From assembly GCA_963749295.1 (NCBI GenBank), contig CAVVMQ010000007.1, forward strand, positions 17,708 through 81,707: 64,000 nt of DNA, read 5' to 3'. Below, one piece after another: positions 19,851 through 28,769 of this stretch. The stretch comes from an uncultured Acidobacteriaceae bacterium. Lineage in GTDB: Bacteria > Acidobacteriota > Terriglobia > Terriglobales > Acidobacteriaceae. Numbering within the stretch: the first letter of the stretch is position 1; every line of letters begins with the position of its first letter. Position numbers and translations under genes: made by a program. The notes beneath the pieces are model-generated. The model saw nothing but the letters and a program-made list of their open reading frames with translations. It searched no databases and was not told the origin of the DNA.

Positions 19851-20600
19851 TTGAAACTCCGACTCGACAAACTTCTGGTGGACCGAGGCCTGGCTGCTTC
19901 ACGCGAACGCGCCCAGGCGCTGATTCTCGCGGGGAAAGTGTTGGTCAACGAGCAGAAACTCGAGAAGGCTGGAGCGCAGGTGGAAGCGAAGGCGGCGGTC
20001 CGCCTGCTTGGCGAGGATCTAAAATACGTCAGTCGTGGCGGACTCAAACTGGAGCGCGCGCTCGAACATTGGCACATTCATGTCGAAGGCAAGGTTTGTC
20101 TCGATGTCGGCGCTTCCACCGGCGGTTTCACCGATTGCTTGCTGCAACATGGCGCAGCACGGGTGATCGCGGTTGACACCGGTTACGGACAGATGGATTT
20201 CAAGCTCCGCCAGGATCCGCGGGTTCGACTCCTGGAGAAGACCAATGCCCGGTACGTGACGGCTGAAGTCATCGCCGAGAAAGTAGACGTTATCGTGATC
20301 GACGTTGCCTTCATTTCGGCGACGCTGGTCCTGCCTCCTGTAGTCAACGCTGCCTTCCCGACAACTCCACAGGAACGCCGCGGGCGGCAGGTGATCGTCC
20401 TGGTCAAACCGCAATTCGAGGCGGGAAGGGAATTCGTGAGCAAGGGAGGGATTGTGCGCGACGAGGCGGCTCAGTTGGCAGCCGTCGACAAGGTGAAGGA
20501 AAAGTTGCTGGAGCTGCGTTGCTCGAGCACGGATGTAATCGAATCACCAATTCTCGGCGCCGAAGGGAACCGCGAATTCCTTCTGCGAGGATTGTTCTAA
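19851..20600 (+). CDS. tlyA: TlyA family rRNA (cytidine-2'-O)-methyltransferase
   Basis: S4-like RLDKLLVDRGLAASRERAQALI plus SAM motif LDVGASTGGFTDCLLQHGA. The TTG at 19851 (MKLRLDKLL) is preferred; the ORF track opens at 19773. Confidence 0.8.
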   Translation: MKLRLDKLLVDRGLAASRERAQALILAGKVLVNEQKLEKAGAQVEAKAAVRLLGEDLKYVSRGGLKLERALEHWHIHVEGKVCLDVGASTGGFTDCLLQHGAARVIAVDTGYGQMDFKLRQDPRVRLLEKTNARYVTAEVIAEKVDVIVIDVAFISATLVLPPVVNAAFPTTPQERRGRQVIVLVKPQFEAGREFVSKGGIVRDEAAQLAAVDKVKEKLLELRCSSTDVIESPILGAEGNREFLLRGLF

Positions 20601-20614
20601 CGAGATTGTTCTAA
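20587..20614. repeat. tandem duplication gag(g)attgttctaa x2 spanning the tlyA stop codon
   Basis: Copies at 20587-20600 and 20602-20614. The first TAA (20598-20600) is the tlyA stop. Confidence 0.9.
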
Positions 20615-20677
20615 GATGGCGAGGCTCGGTTAAGGTTTCGCGTCGAATTCGGTACAATCTTCTTTCTGTCCTCCAAC

Positions 20678-21559
20678 ATGCCAAGCTCGCCGTCATCTTC
20701 TAAATCGAAAGTAGCGGCCATCATCTCGCGTCCGGAGCGCGCTGAGGTTTCGCGAACCGTTCCCGAACTGCTGGCGTGGCTGCAGGCGCACGGCTATAAG
20801 GTTATAGTCGATCCGGAGACCGCCAAATATTCCAGTGGCCACGAGGAAGTGGATCGCTCGCAAATGTCTTCGCGGCCTCTGGATCTGGTTATCGTGTTGG
20901 GCGGCGACGGCACTCTGCTCTCGGCGGTTCGCGACACGGCTGCCACCGACGCGCCGCTGCTCGGCGTGAATCTGGGTTCGCTCGGCTTCCTCACGGACGT
21001 TCCGCTTTCGTCTCTGTTCTCCGTGCTTGATCAAATCGCGCAGGGCCGCGCGACCGTGGAACAGCGTTCCCTGATGCAATGTGATCTGCTGCGCGGGTCA
21101 GAAATATTGGGACGTTACAACGCATTTAACGACGTCGTGGTCAACAAAACCGCTTTGGCTCGCCTCAATAATTACGACCTCTTTATCAACCAGGCGTTCG
21201 TCTCCAGCTACCGTGCCGATGGAATGATCGTGGCCACTCCCACAGGATCGACTGCTTACTCCCTCTCCGCGGGTGGCCCCGTGCTGATGCCCTCGGTCAA
21301 TGCGTTTGTGATCACGCCGGTGGCGCCTCATTCGCTCACGCACCGCCCGCTGGTTGTGCCCGATTCGGCCTTGGTCGAACTTCGGCTGCGCAGCGACGAA
21401 GACGTAGCGTATGTCAGCCTGGATGGGCAGCCGGGGCTCGATTTGAAGGATGGAGACCGGGTCCGGTGTTGCCGCTCAGAACACAAAATCAGCCTGTTCC
21501 GCACCGATGCTGATTTCTTCCATGTGCTTCGCAATAAACTCAAGTGGGGAGAGGGATAG
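20678..21559 (+). CDS. nadK: NAD+ kinase
   Basis: GGDGTLL, NLGSLGFLT and ATPTGSTAYSLSAGGP motifs. Confidence 0.95.
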   Translation: MPSSPSSSKSKVAAIISRPERAEVSRTVPELLAWLQAHGYKVIVDPETAKYSSGHEEVDRSQMSSRPLDLVIVLGGDGTLLSAVRDTAATDAPLLGVNLGSLGFLTDVPLSSLFSVLDQIAQGRATVEQRSLMQCDLLRGSEILGRYNAFNDVVVNKTALARLNNYDLFINQAFVSSYRADGMIVATPTGSTAYSLSAGGPVLMPSVNAFVITPVAPHSLTHRPLVVPDSALVELRLRSDEDVAYVSLDGQPGLDLKDGDRVRCCRSEHKISLFRTDADFFHVLRNKLKWGEG

Positions 21560-21561
21560 GC

Positions 21562-21646
21562 GATTGTTGAGTTGGTGATTGATGATTGATGATTGAAACT
21601 TTGATCCGAGGGATTTTGCAATCAGCAATCAGCATTCAGCAATTTA
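21562..21646. repeat. heptamer-periodic imperfect hairpin (TGATTGA x3+ / CAATCAG x3+)
   Basis: Left arm 21562-21596 and right arm 21619-21646. The arms pair with one A/C mismatch per heptamer. It lies between the convergent nadK and lysA stops, and the lysA TAA (21644-21646) abuts the array. Confidence 0.8.
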
Positions 21647-22992
21647 CAACTCCGCAGAATAAAGTTCCCGCATTTTTTCCCGCTGCCGGATGAGTTTGAC
21701 TGACTTTCGACTCACCAGCACCTCGGCTGGCCGGGGACGTGTGTTGTAGTTCGAGGCCAGCGCCATTCCGTAAGCTCCGGCATCAAGAATCGCAAGCAGA
21801 TCGCCTTCTTCCACGCGAGATAACTCTCGATCGCGTGCAAAGAAATCTCCGGACTCGCACACCGGCCCCACCACATCGACAATCTCTTTCCTGGTGGACG
21901 CATCCTTGTGCTGGGCGTCTTTGCGCAGCACCACGGGAACGATCTCGTGGTAAGCGCTATAGAGCGCGGGCCGGATCAAATCGTTCATGGCGGCATCCAC
22001 CACGAGAAATCGTTTGCCGTCGTTTTGTTTTCTGTAGACGACGGATGTCAGCAGGACGCCGGCAGGCCCCACAATCGCCCGTCCCGGTTCGAGCAAGAGA
22101 TGGACATTCAGACCGCGCAGGGGATTAGTTACTGCGCGCGCATAACTCGCAACATACTCGGCAAACGCCACTCCCGGCTCCTGATAAGCAATCCCGAGGC
22201 CGCCTCCGGTGTCGACGTACTCCACCTGATGCCCGTCAGCGCGCAACTCGCGAACAAAGTCAGCGACTCGAGCCACCGCCTCCGCGAAAGGCGCGACATC
22301 GGTGATCTGCGAGCCGATGTGAACGCTCACTCCCGCGACTTTCAGATATCGCTCTTTGGAGGCCTCGCCATAGAGAGCGCGAGCGCTGCCGATGGGCACT
22401 CCGAACTTGTGCTTGTGCAAACCCGTGGAAATGTAAGGATGAGTATCGGCAGCGACGTCAGGATTCACCCGCAAAGCCACGCGAGCAACCTTGCGCAATC
22501 GAGCGGCGCACTCGGCCAGGGCTCCGAGTTCCGATTCGCTCTCGACATTGAACAGCAAGATCCCGGCTTTCAACGCCGCCTTCATCTCGTCGCGGGACTT
22601 TCCCACGCCGGAGAACACGATCTTCTCGCTGCTCGCCGGTCGGCTGCCAGCACACGATCCAACTCTCCGCCGGAAACTACGTCAAATCCGCACCCTTGGC
22701 GCGCCAGCAGACGGAGAATACTCAGATTGGAATTAGCTTTGACGGAATAGCAGATCGTGTGGGGGACATCGATATTGCGAAACGGATGCTCAAAAGCCGC
22801 CAACCGCTCGTGAATCGTGGTTGCCGAATAAACGTAGAGCGGCGTTCCGTAACGCTTCGCCAATTTGGTAAGCGGGACATCGTCGCAGTGCAGCACTGGG
22901 TCTGCTCCGCGAAAAAGAAATCCCGGCGGCCGCTCGGAGCAAGCCTCGGAATTGAAACGGAGAGGTCCCGTGACTTCGTTACGCCGGGTCAT
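21644..22992 (-). pseudogene. lysA: diaminopimelate decarboxylase, frameshifted between 22626 and 22645 as sequenced
   Basis: The N-terminal fragment 22582-22992 (YSVKANSNLSILRLL, the PLP-Lys region, ...SGGELDRVLAA) continues in another frame as SRPASSEKIVFSGVGKSRDEM... (21644-22618). Confidence 0.9.
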
Positions 22993-24761
22993 TTTCGCTT
23001 GGAGGAACTATGCGCAGCGGCGCCTTTGACCTTGATCGCCACTACGGTCTGATCGTCGAAGGTCTCGACTCCGGCAGAGTGCTCGGCTGCAGCTTTGAAG
23101 AGAGAATCCACCACGCAATCCGCCGACGTGGCCCCGCATTCGGCAATGATCTTCTCGACCCGGCCGCGGCCAAATAGTTCTCCGTTCCGGTTGCGCGCGT
23201 CCAGAATGCCGTCGCTGAAAAACACAAACATGTCTCCGGGCTTCATCTTGAACCGGAACTCGTCGTAGCTGGCATCGTCAAAAAGTCCCAGCGGCAGACC
23301 GGTCGCCTCGATCACGGTGTTTTTTCCATCGTGTACGTAGACGGGGCGTGGCAAGCCCGAGTTGGATACCAGAAGCGTGCGATGTTCGTCGTCCCAGACC
23401 GCATAGATCAGCGACACAAATTGCGCTTCGATGCGCCGCTCTGCCAGCGACAGATTCACCGCGGAAAGCATCTCGGCGGGACCCGGTTCAATGGGCGCGT
23501 GCGAGCGCAGGATTCCGCTTACCAGCGCAGCATAAATGGCGGCGGGCGCTCCCTTTCCGCTGACATCCCCAATCACAATTCCCAGCCGCGAAAGGGAATA
23601 CGGAATGAAGTCGTAAAGATCTCCGCCGATGGCTCGCGCCGGAACAAACTTCGCGGCTAACTCCAGATGATCCGGCTTCGGCAGCGTCTGGGGAAGCAAG
23701 CGCATCTGCAATTCCCGGGCCAGCGCCAGATCCCGCTCCAGCCGGCGTTCCTGCCGCGCAATTTCCTCATATAGGCGGGCGTTCTCGAGGGCAATCGCGA
23801 CTTGTGCGGCCAGCGTCATCATGGTGCGCCGGTGATCTTCGGTAAAGAATCCGCGCCGCGTGTGCTCTAGATCGAGCACCCCGACCACTTTGTCTTTGTA
23901 GATCAGCGGGACGGCCAATTCCGAGCGCGTTTCCGGGTTGCCCTCGATGTAGCGTGGATCTTTGCTCACGTCGGGCACCAGCACCGCCTGCCTGGTCTGC
24001 GCCGCGTGTCCAACCAATCCCCGACCGAGCGGGATGTCGTTCTTCAGGTGAACATTTTCTTTGAAGCGCAATGAGAAACGATGCTGCAACTTCTCTCCGG
24101 AGGAATCGAGCAGCAGAATGCTGAACATTTGAAAATCGATCAGCCGTTGCAGAAGTTCGGCGATCCGGCCCAACAGTTCGTCCACATTCAGAATTGACGA
24201 TAACTCGCGCGCGATCTCGTTGAGCAGCAACAGAATTCGCGCTTGCTTTGTGGTGCGCGTGTAGAGCTGAGCGTTTTCAATGCCCGCCGCCATGCGCGAC
24301 GCGATCAGGCTCAACAGCCGGCTGTGCTCTTCGTTGAAATAGCCCGCATCCCGGGCCTCGAGGTCAATTACTCCAACCACGCGGTTCTTGTAGATGAGGG
24401 GCACAGCCAGTTCCGAGCGCACGTTAGGTACGGCGGCAATATAGGCGGGGTCTTGCGTCACGTCATCGATCAGAATTGTCTGGCGCAATTGCGCTGCCCG
24501 TCCGGTTACTCCGACGCCCACCTTGATCCGGGCGCGCTCGGCGAACTCCGGGGGATACCCCACCTGGAACCGCATCCGGAGTTCCTGAGTTTTCTCGTTT
24601 AGAAGAAGGATGGCGAAGATTTCATAGTCGATGACTTTACGGACCACCTCCGCGACCCGGCGCAGAGTCGTATCCAGGTCGAGCGACGTTGCCATGACGT
24701 CGGCGACTTCCAGCAACAACGGCTCAACGTGAAGATGGTGCTTGCTCAGAACAGACCCCAT
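22989..24761 (-). CDS. GAF-GAF-PP2C (SpoIIE/RsbU-type) protein serine phosphatase
   Basis: Two GAF domains followed by PP2C motifs (GGDLYDF, VIGDVSGKG, FFSDGILD). Its stop overlaps the lysA start by 4 nt. Confidence 0.9.
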   Translation of the reverse strand: MGSVLSKHHLHVEPLLLEVADVMATSLDLDTTLRRVAEVVRKVIDYEIFAILLLNEKTQELRMRFQVGYPPEFAERARIKVGVGVTGRAAQLRQTILIDDVTQDPAYIAAVPNVRSELAVPLIYKNRVVGVIDLEARDAGYFNEEHSRLLSLIASRMAAGIENAQLYTRTTKQARILLLLNEIARELSSILNVDELLGRIAELLQRLIDFQMFSILLLDSSGEKLQHRFSLRFKENVHLKNDIPLGRGLVGHAAQTRQAVLVPDVSKDPRYIEGNPETRSELAVPLIYKDKVVGVLDLEHTRRGFFTEDHRRTMMTLAAQVAIALENARLYEEIARQERRLERDLALARELQMRLLPQTLPKPDHLELAAKFVPARAIGGDLYDFIPYSLSRLGIVIGDVSGKGAPAAIYAALVSGILRSHAPIEPGPAEMLSAVNLSLAERRIEAQFVSLIYAVWDDEHRTLLVSNSGLPRPVYVHDGKNTVIEATGLPLGLFDDASYDEFRFKMKPGDMFVFFSDGILDARNRNGELFGRGRVEKIIAECGATSADCVVDSLFKAAAEHSAGVETFDDQTVVAIKVKGAAAHSSSKRK

Positions 24762-24789
24762 TGGTTTTTCTATGATAGCAGTCGCTGTC

Positions 24790-24905
24790 AGTACCTAGTA
24801 TCTGGTACCTAGTACCGAGAAAACGGAACGACTACGACAAGACAGGTTCGATTGATGGAGAGAATGCGGTTGCTCGGTACCAGGTACTCGGTACTGGGTA
24901 CTAGC
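24790..24905. repeat. heptamer-periodic inverted repeat (AGTACCT family), second locus
   Basis: Left arm agtacct agtatct ggtacct agtaccg (24790-24819); right arm ctcggtacc aggtact cggtact gggtact (24873-24905). It lies 4 nt from the hpt stop. Confidence 0.85.
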
Positions 24906-24908
24906 GGT

Positions 24909-25460
24909 TCATTCCCGCGGAACGATGCAGACGTTGGCTAAATTGCGGTAGCGCTCGGCGTAGTCGAGTCCGTAGCCCACGACGAATTCATCGGGAATGG
25001 TGAAGCCGACATAGTCGCCTTGCAGAGGCAGTTTGCGACGCGAGGGTTTATCGAGCAGGGCCGCAATCTTCAGCGATCGAGGCTGATGCGCTAGCAGCAG
25101 CTTCTTGAGAACCGTGAGCGTCAGTCCAGTGTCCAGAATGTCTTCCACGACGATTACGTTCTTATCCTTCATCGACTGGTCCACATCTTTGGTCAGTTTC
25201 ACTTCGCCCGTGGAATCCCACCCGCTCTTGAGTTCCTGGGTGGGGCTGGGACGGTTGCCGTAACTGGAGACGCCGATGAAATCGAAGGTTGCATCAAGCT
25301 TTACCTCGCGCGCCAGGTCGGCTAGAAAAATTGCCGAGCCTTTCAAGACGCCGACCAGGATCACAGGCTGGCCCGTGAAGTCGCGCGTAATCTCTGCGCC
25401 AAGTTCGGCAACACGTTTCGCAATCTCGTCCCTGGAAATCAGCACCTTGAGTGCGGTCAT
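24909..25460 (-). CDS. hpt: hypoxanthine phosphoribosyltransferase
   Basis: VLKGSAIFLADL and the PRPP loop VIVVEDILDTGLTL. Confidence 0.95.
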   Translation of the reverse strand: MTALKVLISRDEIAKRVAELGAEITRDFTGQPVILVGVLKGSAIFLADLAREVKLDATFDFIGVSSYGNRPSPTQELKSGWDSTGEVKLTKDVDQSMKDKNVIVVEDILDTGLTLTVLKKLLLAHQPRSLKIAALLDKPSRRKLPLQGDYVGFTIPDEFVVGYGLDYAERYRNLANVCIVPRE

Positions 25461-25533
25461 GGCGTTTCATATTAAACTAAACCCGGCCCACGTTGGGCTG
25501 GATCTCACAGCGAGTAAGCCGGAGCTCTCATTT

Positions 25534-26238
25534 ATGAATCTCAAAGGCATTCAACTTACCTGGCTGGGCCACGCGACGTTTCGCATCGTGACGCCCGGTG
25601 GCCGCACGGTCATCATCGATCCCTGGATCATGAACAATCCTGCGTGCCCTCCGTCGGAAAAGAAGGTGAAGCACGTCGATGTTCTGCTGTGTACGCACGG
25701 CCACGGCGACCATATTGGCGATGCTGTCGAAATCATCCGGGAGCACAATCCCCAGGTCGTCGGCATCCCGGAGTTGTGCGGATGGCTAGAGAAAAAGGGC
25801 GCCAAACAAATCGCCATGATGAACAAAGGCGGCACGCAAAAGATCGGCGACATCAAAGTCACCATGGTGCATGCCGATCACTCCTGCGGGATACAGGACG
25901 GCGACCAGCTTATTTATGGCGGTGAAGCCTGCGGCTACGTGGTGGAATTCGAAAACGGAATCAAGATTTATCACGCTGGCGACACCAATGTTTTCGGAGA
26001 CATGGCAATCATCCGCGAGCTTTACGCGCCTGAAATCGTCATGCTGCCCATCGGCGACCACTTCACCATGGGACCGCGCGAGGCTGCCTACGCCTGCAAC
26101 CTGCTCAAGCCGAAGACGGTGATCCCCATGCATTTCGGTACGTTCCCGGTGTTGACGGGAAGTCCCGCTGAGTTGCAGAAGTTGGTGCCCGGCGTCGAAA
26201 TCGCTACCATGAAGCCCGGCGTCACCGTCGGTGCGTGA
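25534..26238 (+). CDS. UPF0173-type metal-dependent hydrolase (MBL fold)
   Basis: Starts at the ATG at 25534 (MNLKGIQLTWLGHATFRI). HGHGDH motif. The upstream part of ORF 25276-26238 overlaps hpt on the other strand. Confidence 0.85.
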   Translation: MNLKGIQLTWLGHATFRIVTPGGRTVIIDPWIMNNPACPPSEKKVKHVDVLLCTHGHGDHIGDAVEIIREHNPQVVGIPELCGWLEKKGAKQIAMMNKGGTQKIGDIKVTMVHADHSCGIQDGDQLIYGGEACGYVVEFENGIKIYHAGDTNVFGDMAIIRELYAPEIVMLPIGDHFTMGPREAAYACNLLKPKTVIPMHFGTFPVLTGSPAELQKLVPGVEIATMKPGVTVGA

Positions 26239-26312
26239 AGTCGAGAAGCGTGTGGAGCACGGTCTTCGAGGCCTGCGTTCAAGCGAAGTGTTAAAAAGTT
26301 TAATTGCGAGGG

Positions 26313-27000
26313 ATGCAAGTGACCCCAAACAAACCGAAAAAAGACCTCAAGCCCAACTGGCGGCACTACAACTTTACAACTGCGGGCCCGGTCGACGACT
26401 ACCTGTACTCGATGCTTCCCAAGCGCGATGAGGTGCTGGCGGAGATGGAAGGCTACGCCAGCGAGCACAATATTCCGATCGTCGGCCCGGCCGTGGCGCG
26501 CGTGCTGCAAGCAACTCGCCCTGACGATCAATGCCCAGACCGTGTTCGAGTTGGGCTCAGCCATCGGATACTCGACCATCTGGTGGGCGCAGGCGGTCGG
26601 CGAAAAAGGCCGGGTCATCTACACGGATGGCGATCCCAAGAACGCTCAACGTGCCCGGGGCTACTTCGAGCGGGCCGGCGTTTCGAAACGCATCACGCTC
26701 CATACTGGAGATGCGCTCGAAGTTCTTTCTGAGCAGAAGCAGCAGTACGACATCATTTTTAACGACGTTGACAAAGAGGATTATCCGCGCGTGCTGCGCC
26801 TGGTCGCTCCGCGACTGCGCAAGGGTGGACTGTTCATCACCGACAATGTTTTGTGGAGCGGCCGGGTCGCAGAAAAGAATCCTAAGGAGCCGCGGACCAA
26901 GGCGATCCTCGAGTTCAACCGCTTGCTTTACGATTCTGCGGATTTCTTCACGACGATTCTGCCCATTCGCGACGGGCTGGCGGTGGCATTAAAGAAGTGA
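26313..27000 (+). pseudogene. class I SAM-dependent O-methyltransferase (caffeoyl-CoA OMT/YrrM-like), 1-nt insertion at ~26511 as sequenced
   Basis: Fragment 26304-26732 ends usefully at ...GPAVARVLQ. Fragment 26428-27000 continues QLALTINAQTVFELGSAIGYST...FNDVDKEDY. Dropping the G at 26511 joins them. Confidence 0.85.
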
Positions 27001-27022
27001 CAGTCGTGGTTTACAAGCGTTT

Positions 27023-27121
27023 GTCATCCCGAGCGAAGCGAGGGATCTTGGTGTTTGCCCCGCACCAGCGGTGTTGCCACCGCAGCCAAGAACCAAGATC
27101 CCTCGCTTTGCTCGGGATGAC
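27023..27121. repeat. REP/MITE-like palindrome with 29-nt arms gtcatcccgagcgaagcgagggatcttgg
   Basis: Arms at 27023-27051 and 27093-27121 are complementary with one mismatch. It lies between convergent gene ends (27000 and 27135). Confidence 0.9.
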
Positions 27122-27134
27122 GCATCAACTACGA

Positions 27135-27860
27135 TCAGATTGACTTGACGGGAATTGCCAGCAAGTCGTCTACCAGCCCGACTTCCTTCTGCAAGAACGG
27201 CTCGGCGTAAGTTACTCCGCCCAACATGCCGTAGTACCGCGCCATCGCATCCACTCGCGCGCGAATTTCGTCGTGGGCAGGGAAGAGGTCCTTGCCGGCA
27301 TCTTGATCGCTGAACTGCGACTTGTAAGCCAGGATGGAGGCGAACTTCAGATCGAACTGCGCGCTGATGTCGACGACAAATGTAGGCCGCACGTCGTAGT
27401 AAAGCGTGGCGTAGATAATTTTGAACGGGCGATGCGGCAGAGTTTTCGGATCCAGCTTCGCCAGCCCTGCCAGAAAGCAAGCCTCGTATCCCAGCACGGA
27501 CGCAGTGTAGTGATCCGGATGCCGTCCCTTCCAATACGGCAGAATCACTACGCACGGCCGAGTCTCGCGGATCACGCTCGCCACCTTCAGCCGATTTTCC
27601 CAGGTATTTTCGACGCGGCCGTCGGGAATATCGAGCGCCCGCCTCCAGCTCACGCCGAGAATTCTTGCCGCGTCTGCCGCTTCGCTCGCGCGATCTTCGG
27701 CGGTACCGCGCGTGCCCATTTCGCCTTGGGTCAGATCGAGAATGCCCGTCCGCTGCCCGCGCTGCGCCGCCTTCAGCAGCGTGCCGCCGCAGGTCTGCTC
27801 CACATCGTCGCGGTGCGCCGCAATCGCAAGAATGTCGAGGCCGGGAGAAGTCGGGGGCAT
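27135..27860 (-). CDS. PIG-L family deacetylase (BshB1-like)
   Basis: ILAIAAHRDDVEQTCGGTLLK and LDLTQGEMGTRGT resemble the bacillithiol deacetylase BshB1 subgroup. The start lies 1 nt after the DUF190 stop. Confidence 0.75.
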   Translation of the reverse strand: MPPTSPGLDILAIAAHRDDVEQTCGGTLLKAAQRGQRTGILDLTQGEMGTRGTAEDRASEAADAARILGVSWRRALDIPDGRVENTWENRLKVASVIRETRPCVVILPYWKGRHPDHYTASVLGYEACFLAGLAKLDPKTLPHRPFKIIYATLYYDVRPTFVVDISAQFDLKFASILAYKSQFSDQDAGKDLFPAHDEIRARVDAMARYYGMLGGVTYAEPFLQKEVGLVDDLLAIPVKSI

Positions 27861-27861
27861 G

Positions 27862-28191
27862 TTAGTCGAGGTTGCCCTGTTCGAGCACCACAGTCTCGCG
27901 CACGATCAGCCGGTGCGCTGCCATCTCCTTCAGGGTGGGCAACACGCGGCTTACATGTTCATCAGTATCCACGAAGATGATGACGACCGGCAGCTTGCCG
28001 CCCGCCTCGACCAGGTGCGCCGTTTCCACGCGATGCCGTCCCAGAAAGCCCGCCACGGCATGCAGGGCGGTCGCACCATAGACATTCTCTTTGCGCAGGT
28101 AGTTGAGAATCTCCAGATGCAGCGGCCTGTGGCGCAACTGGTCGGCTTCATTCAGATAGATTGTGACTTGCATTGCCATCGCGCCCGCCAT
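27862..28191 (-). CDS. DUF190 (UPF0166) protein, crcB-associated
   Basis: About 109 aa with the typical LHxxLxxxLRxxxxxGATV-like core; packed 1 nt after crcB. Confidence 0.75.
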   Translation of the reverse strand: MAGAMAMQVTIYLNEADQLRHRPLHLEILNYLRKENVYGATALHAVAGFLGRHRVETAHLVEAGGKLPVVIIFVDTDEHVSRVLPTLKEMAAHRLIVRETVVLEQGNLD

Positions 28192-28192
28192 T

Positions 28193-28570
28193 CTACAGCA
28201 CTCGCGCCAGCGCCATGCCCGCCAAAGCTCCGCCGAGGCAAAGAAGGTTGTTTGTGAGCACGTTGGCGAGCATCAATCCCCACTGACCGTGTTCAAAGTA
28301 GGACATGGTTTCGAAAGCGTAGCTGGAAAAAGTTGTGAATGAACCGCAAAAACCGACAACCACCAGCAGCCGCCAGCGCGGATCGACCAGCGCGCGCTCG
28401 GTGGTCCAGATGACGAAGAAGCCTACGATGAAGCTGCCCACGATGTTGATGAAGAGAGTTCCGTAAGGGAAGACGGAGCCCAGTTCGATGGCGGCGAGTC
28501 GGCTGAGCAGGTAACGAAGGTTGGCACCGACGATGGCGGCGACAGAGATGGCGAGAAAGTCTTTCAGCAT
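28193..28570 (-). CDS. crcB: fluoride ion channel CrcB/FluC
   Basis: Four TM segments, the GSFTTFSSYAFE motif, and a fluoride riboswitch immediately upstream. Confidence 0.9.
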   Translation of the reverse strand: MLKDFLAISVAAIVGANLRYLLSRLAAIELGSVFPYGTLFINIVGSFIVGFFVIWTTERALVDPRWRLLVVVGFCGSFTTFSSYAFETMSYFEHGQWGLMLANVLTNNLLCLGGALAGMALARVL

Positions 28571-28578
28571 GGAGTTTG

Positions 28579-28668
28579 CTCCTACAAATAAGGCTTTAAG
28601 TTTGTAGGAGTTATCAGCCTTAAGTGCGTGCGCAACTTGAGGCGGTTATGGCGAACTCCATCGCCGTA
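28579..28668 (-). promoter_or_regulatory. fluoride riboswitch (crcB RNA motif) with an SD-sequestering expression platform
   Basis: Minus-strand RNA: ACGGCGAUGGAGUUCGCCAUAACCGCCUCAAGUUGCGCACGCACUUAAGGCUGAUAACUCCUACAAA. This matches the crcB-motif consensus as I recall it (GGCGAUGGnGUUCGCCAUAAnCGCC...GGCUGAUnAnUCCUAC). It is followed by CUUAAAGCCUUA-UUUGUAGGAG, which pairs with CUCCUACAAA and covers the AGGAG SD 8 nt before the AUG. Confidence 0.85.
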
Positions 28669-28769
28669 AACCATTAAACCACAAAGCGCCGGAGGAACCG
28701 TTGTTACTCCTGTTACTCCGGGCAGGACGATTACCCAGAGCTTCCGCGGTCAGATGGAGAACCGCGAGA

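Noticed and set aside
27273-28257. Plus-strand ORFs 27273-27980 and 27712-28257
   Set aside because: They are antisense to the PIG-L deacetylase and DUF190 genes. Their Arg/Ala-rich composition is typical of GC-rich shadow ORFs.
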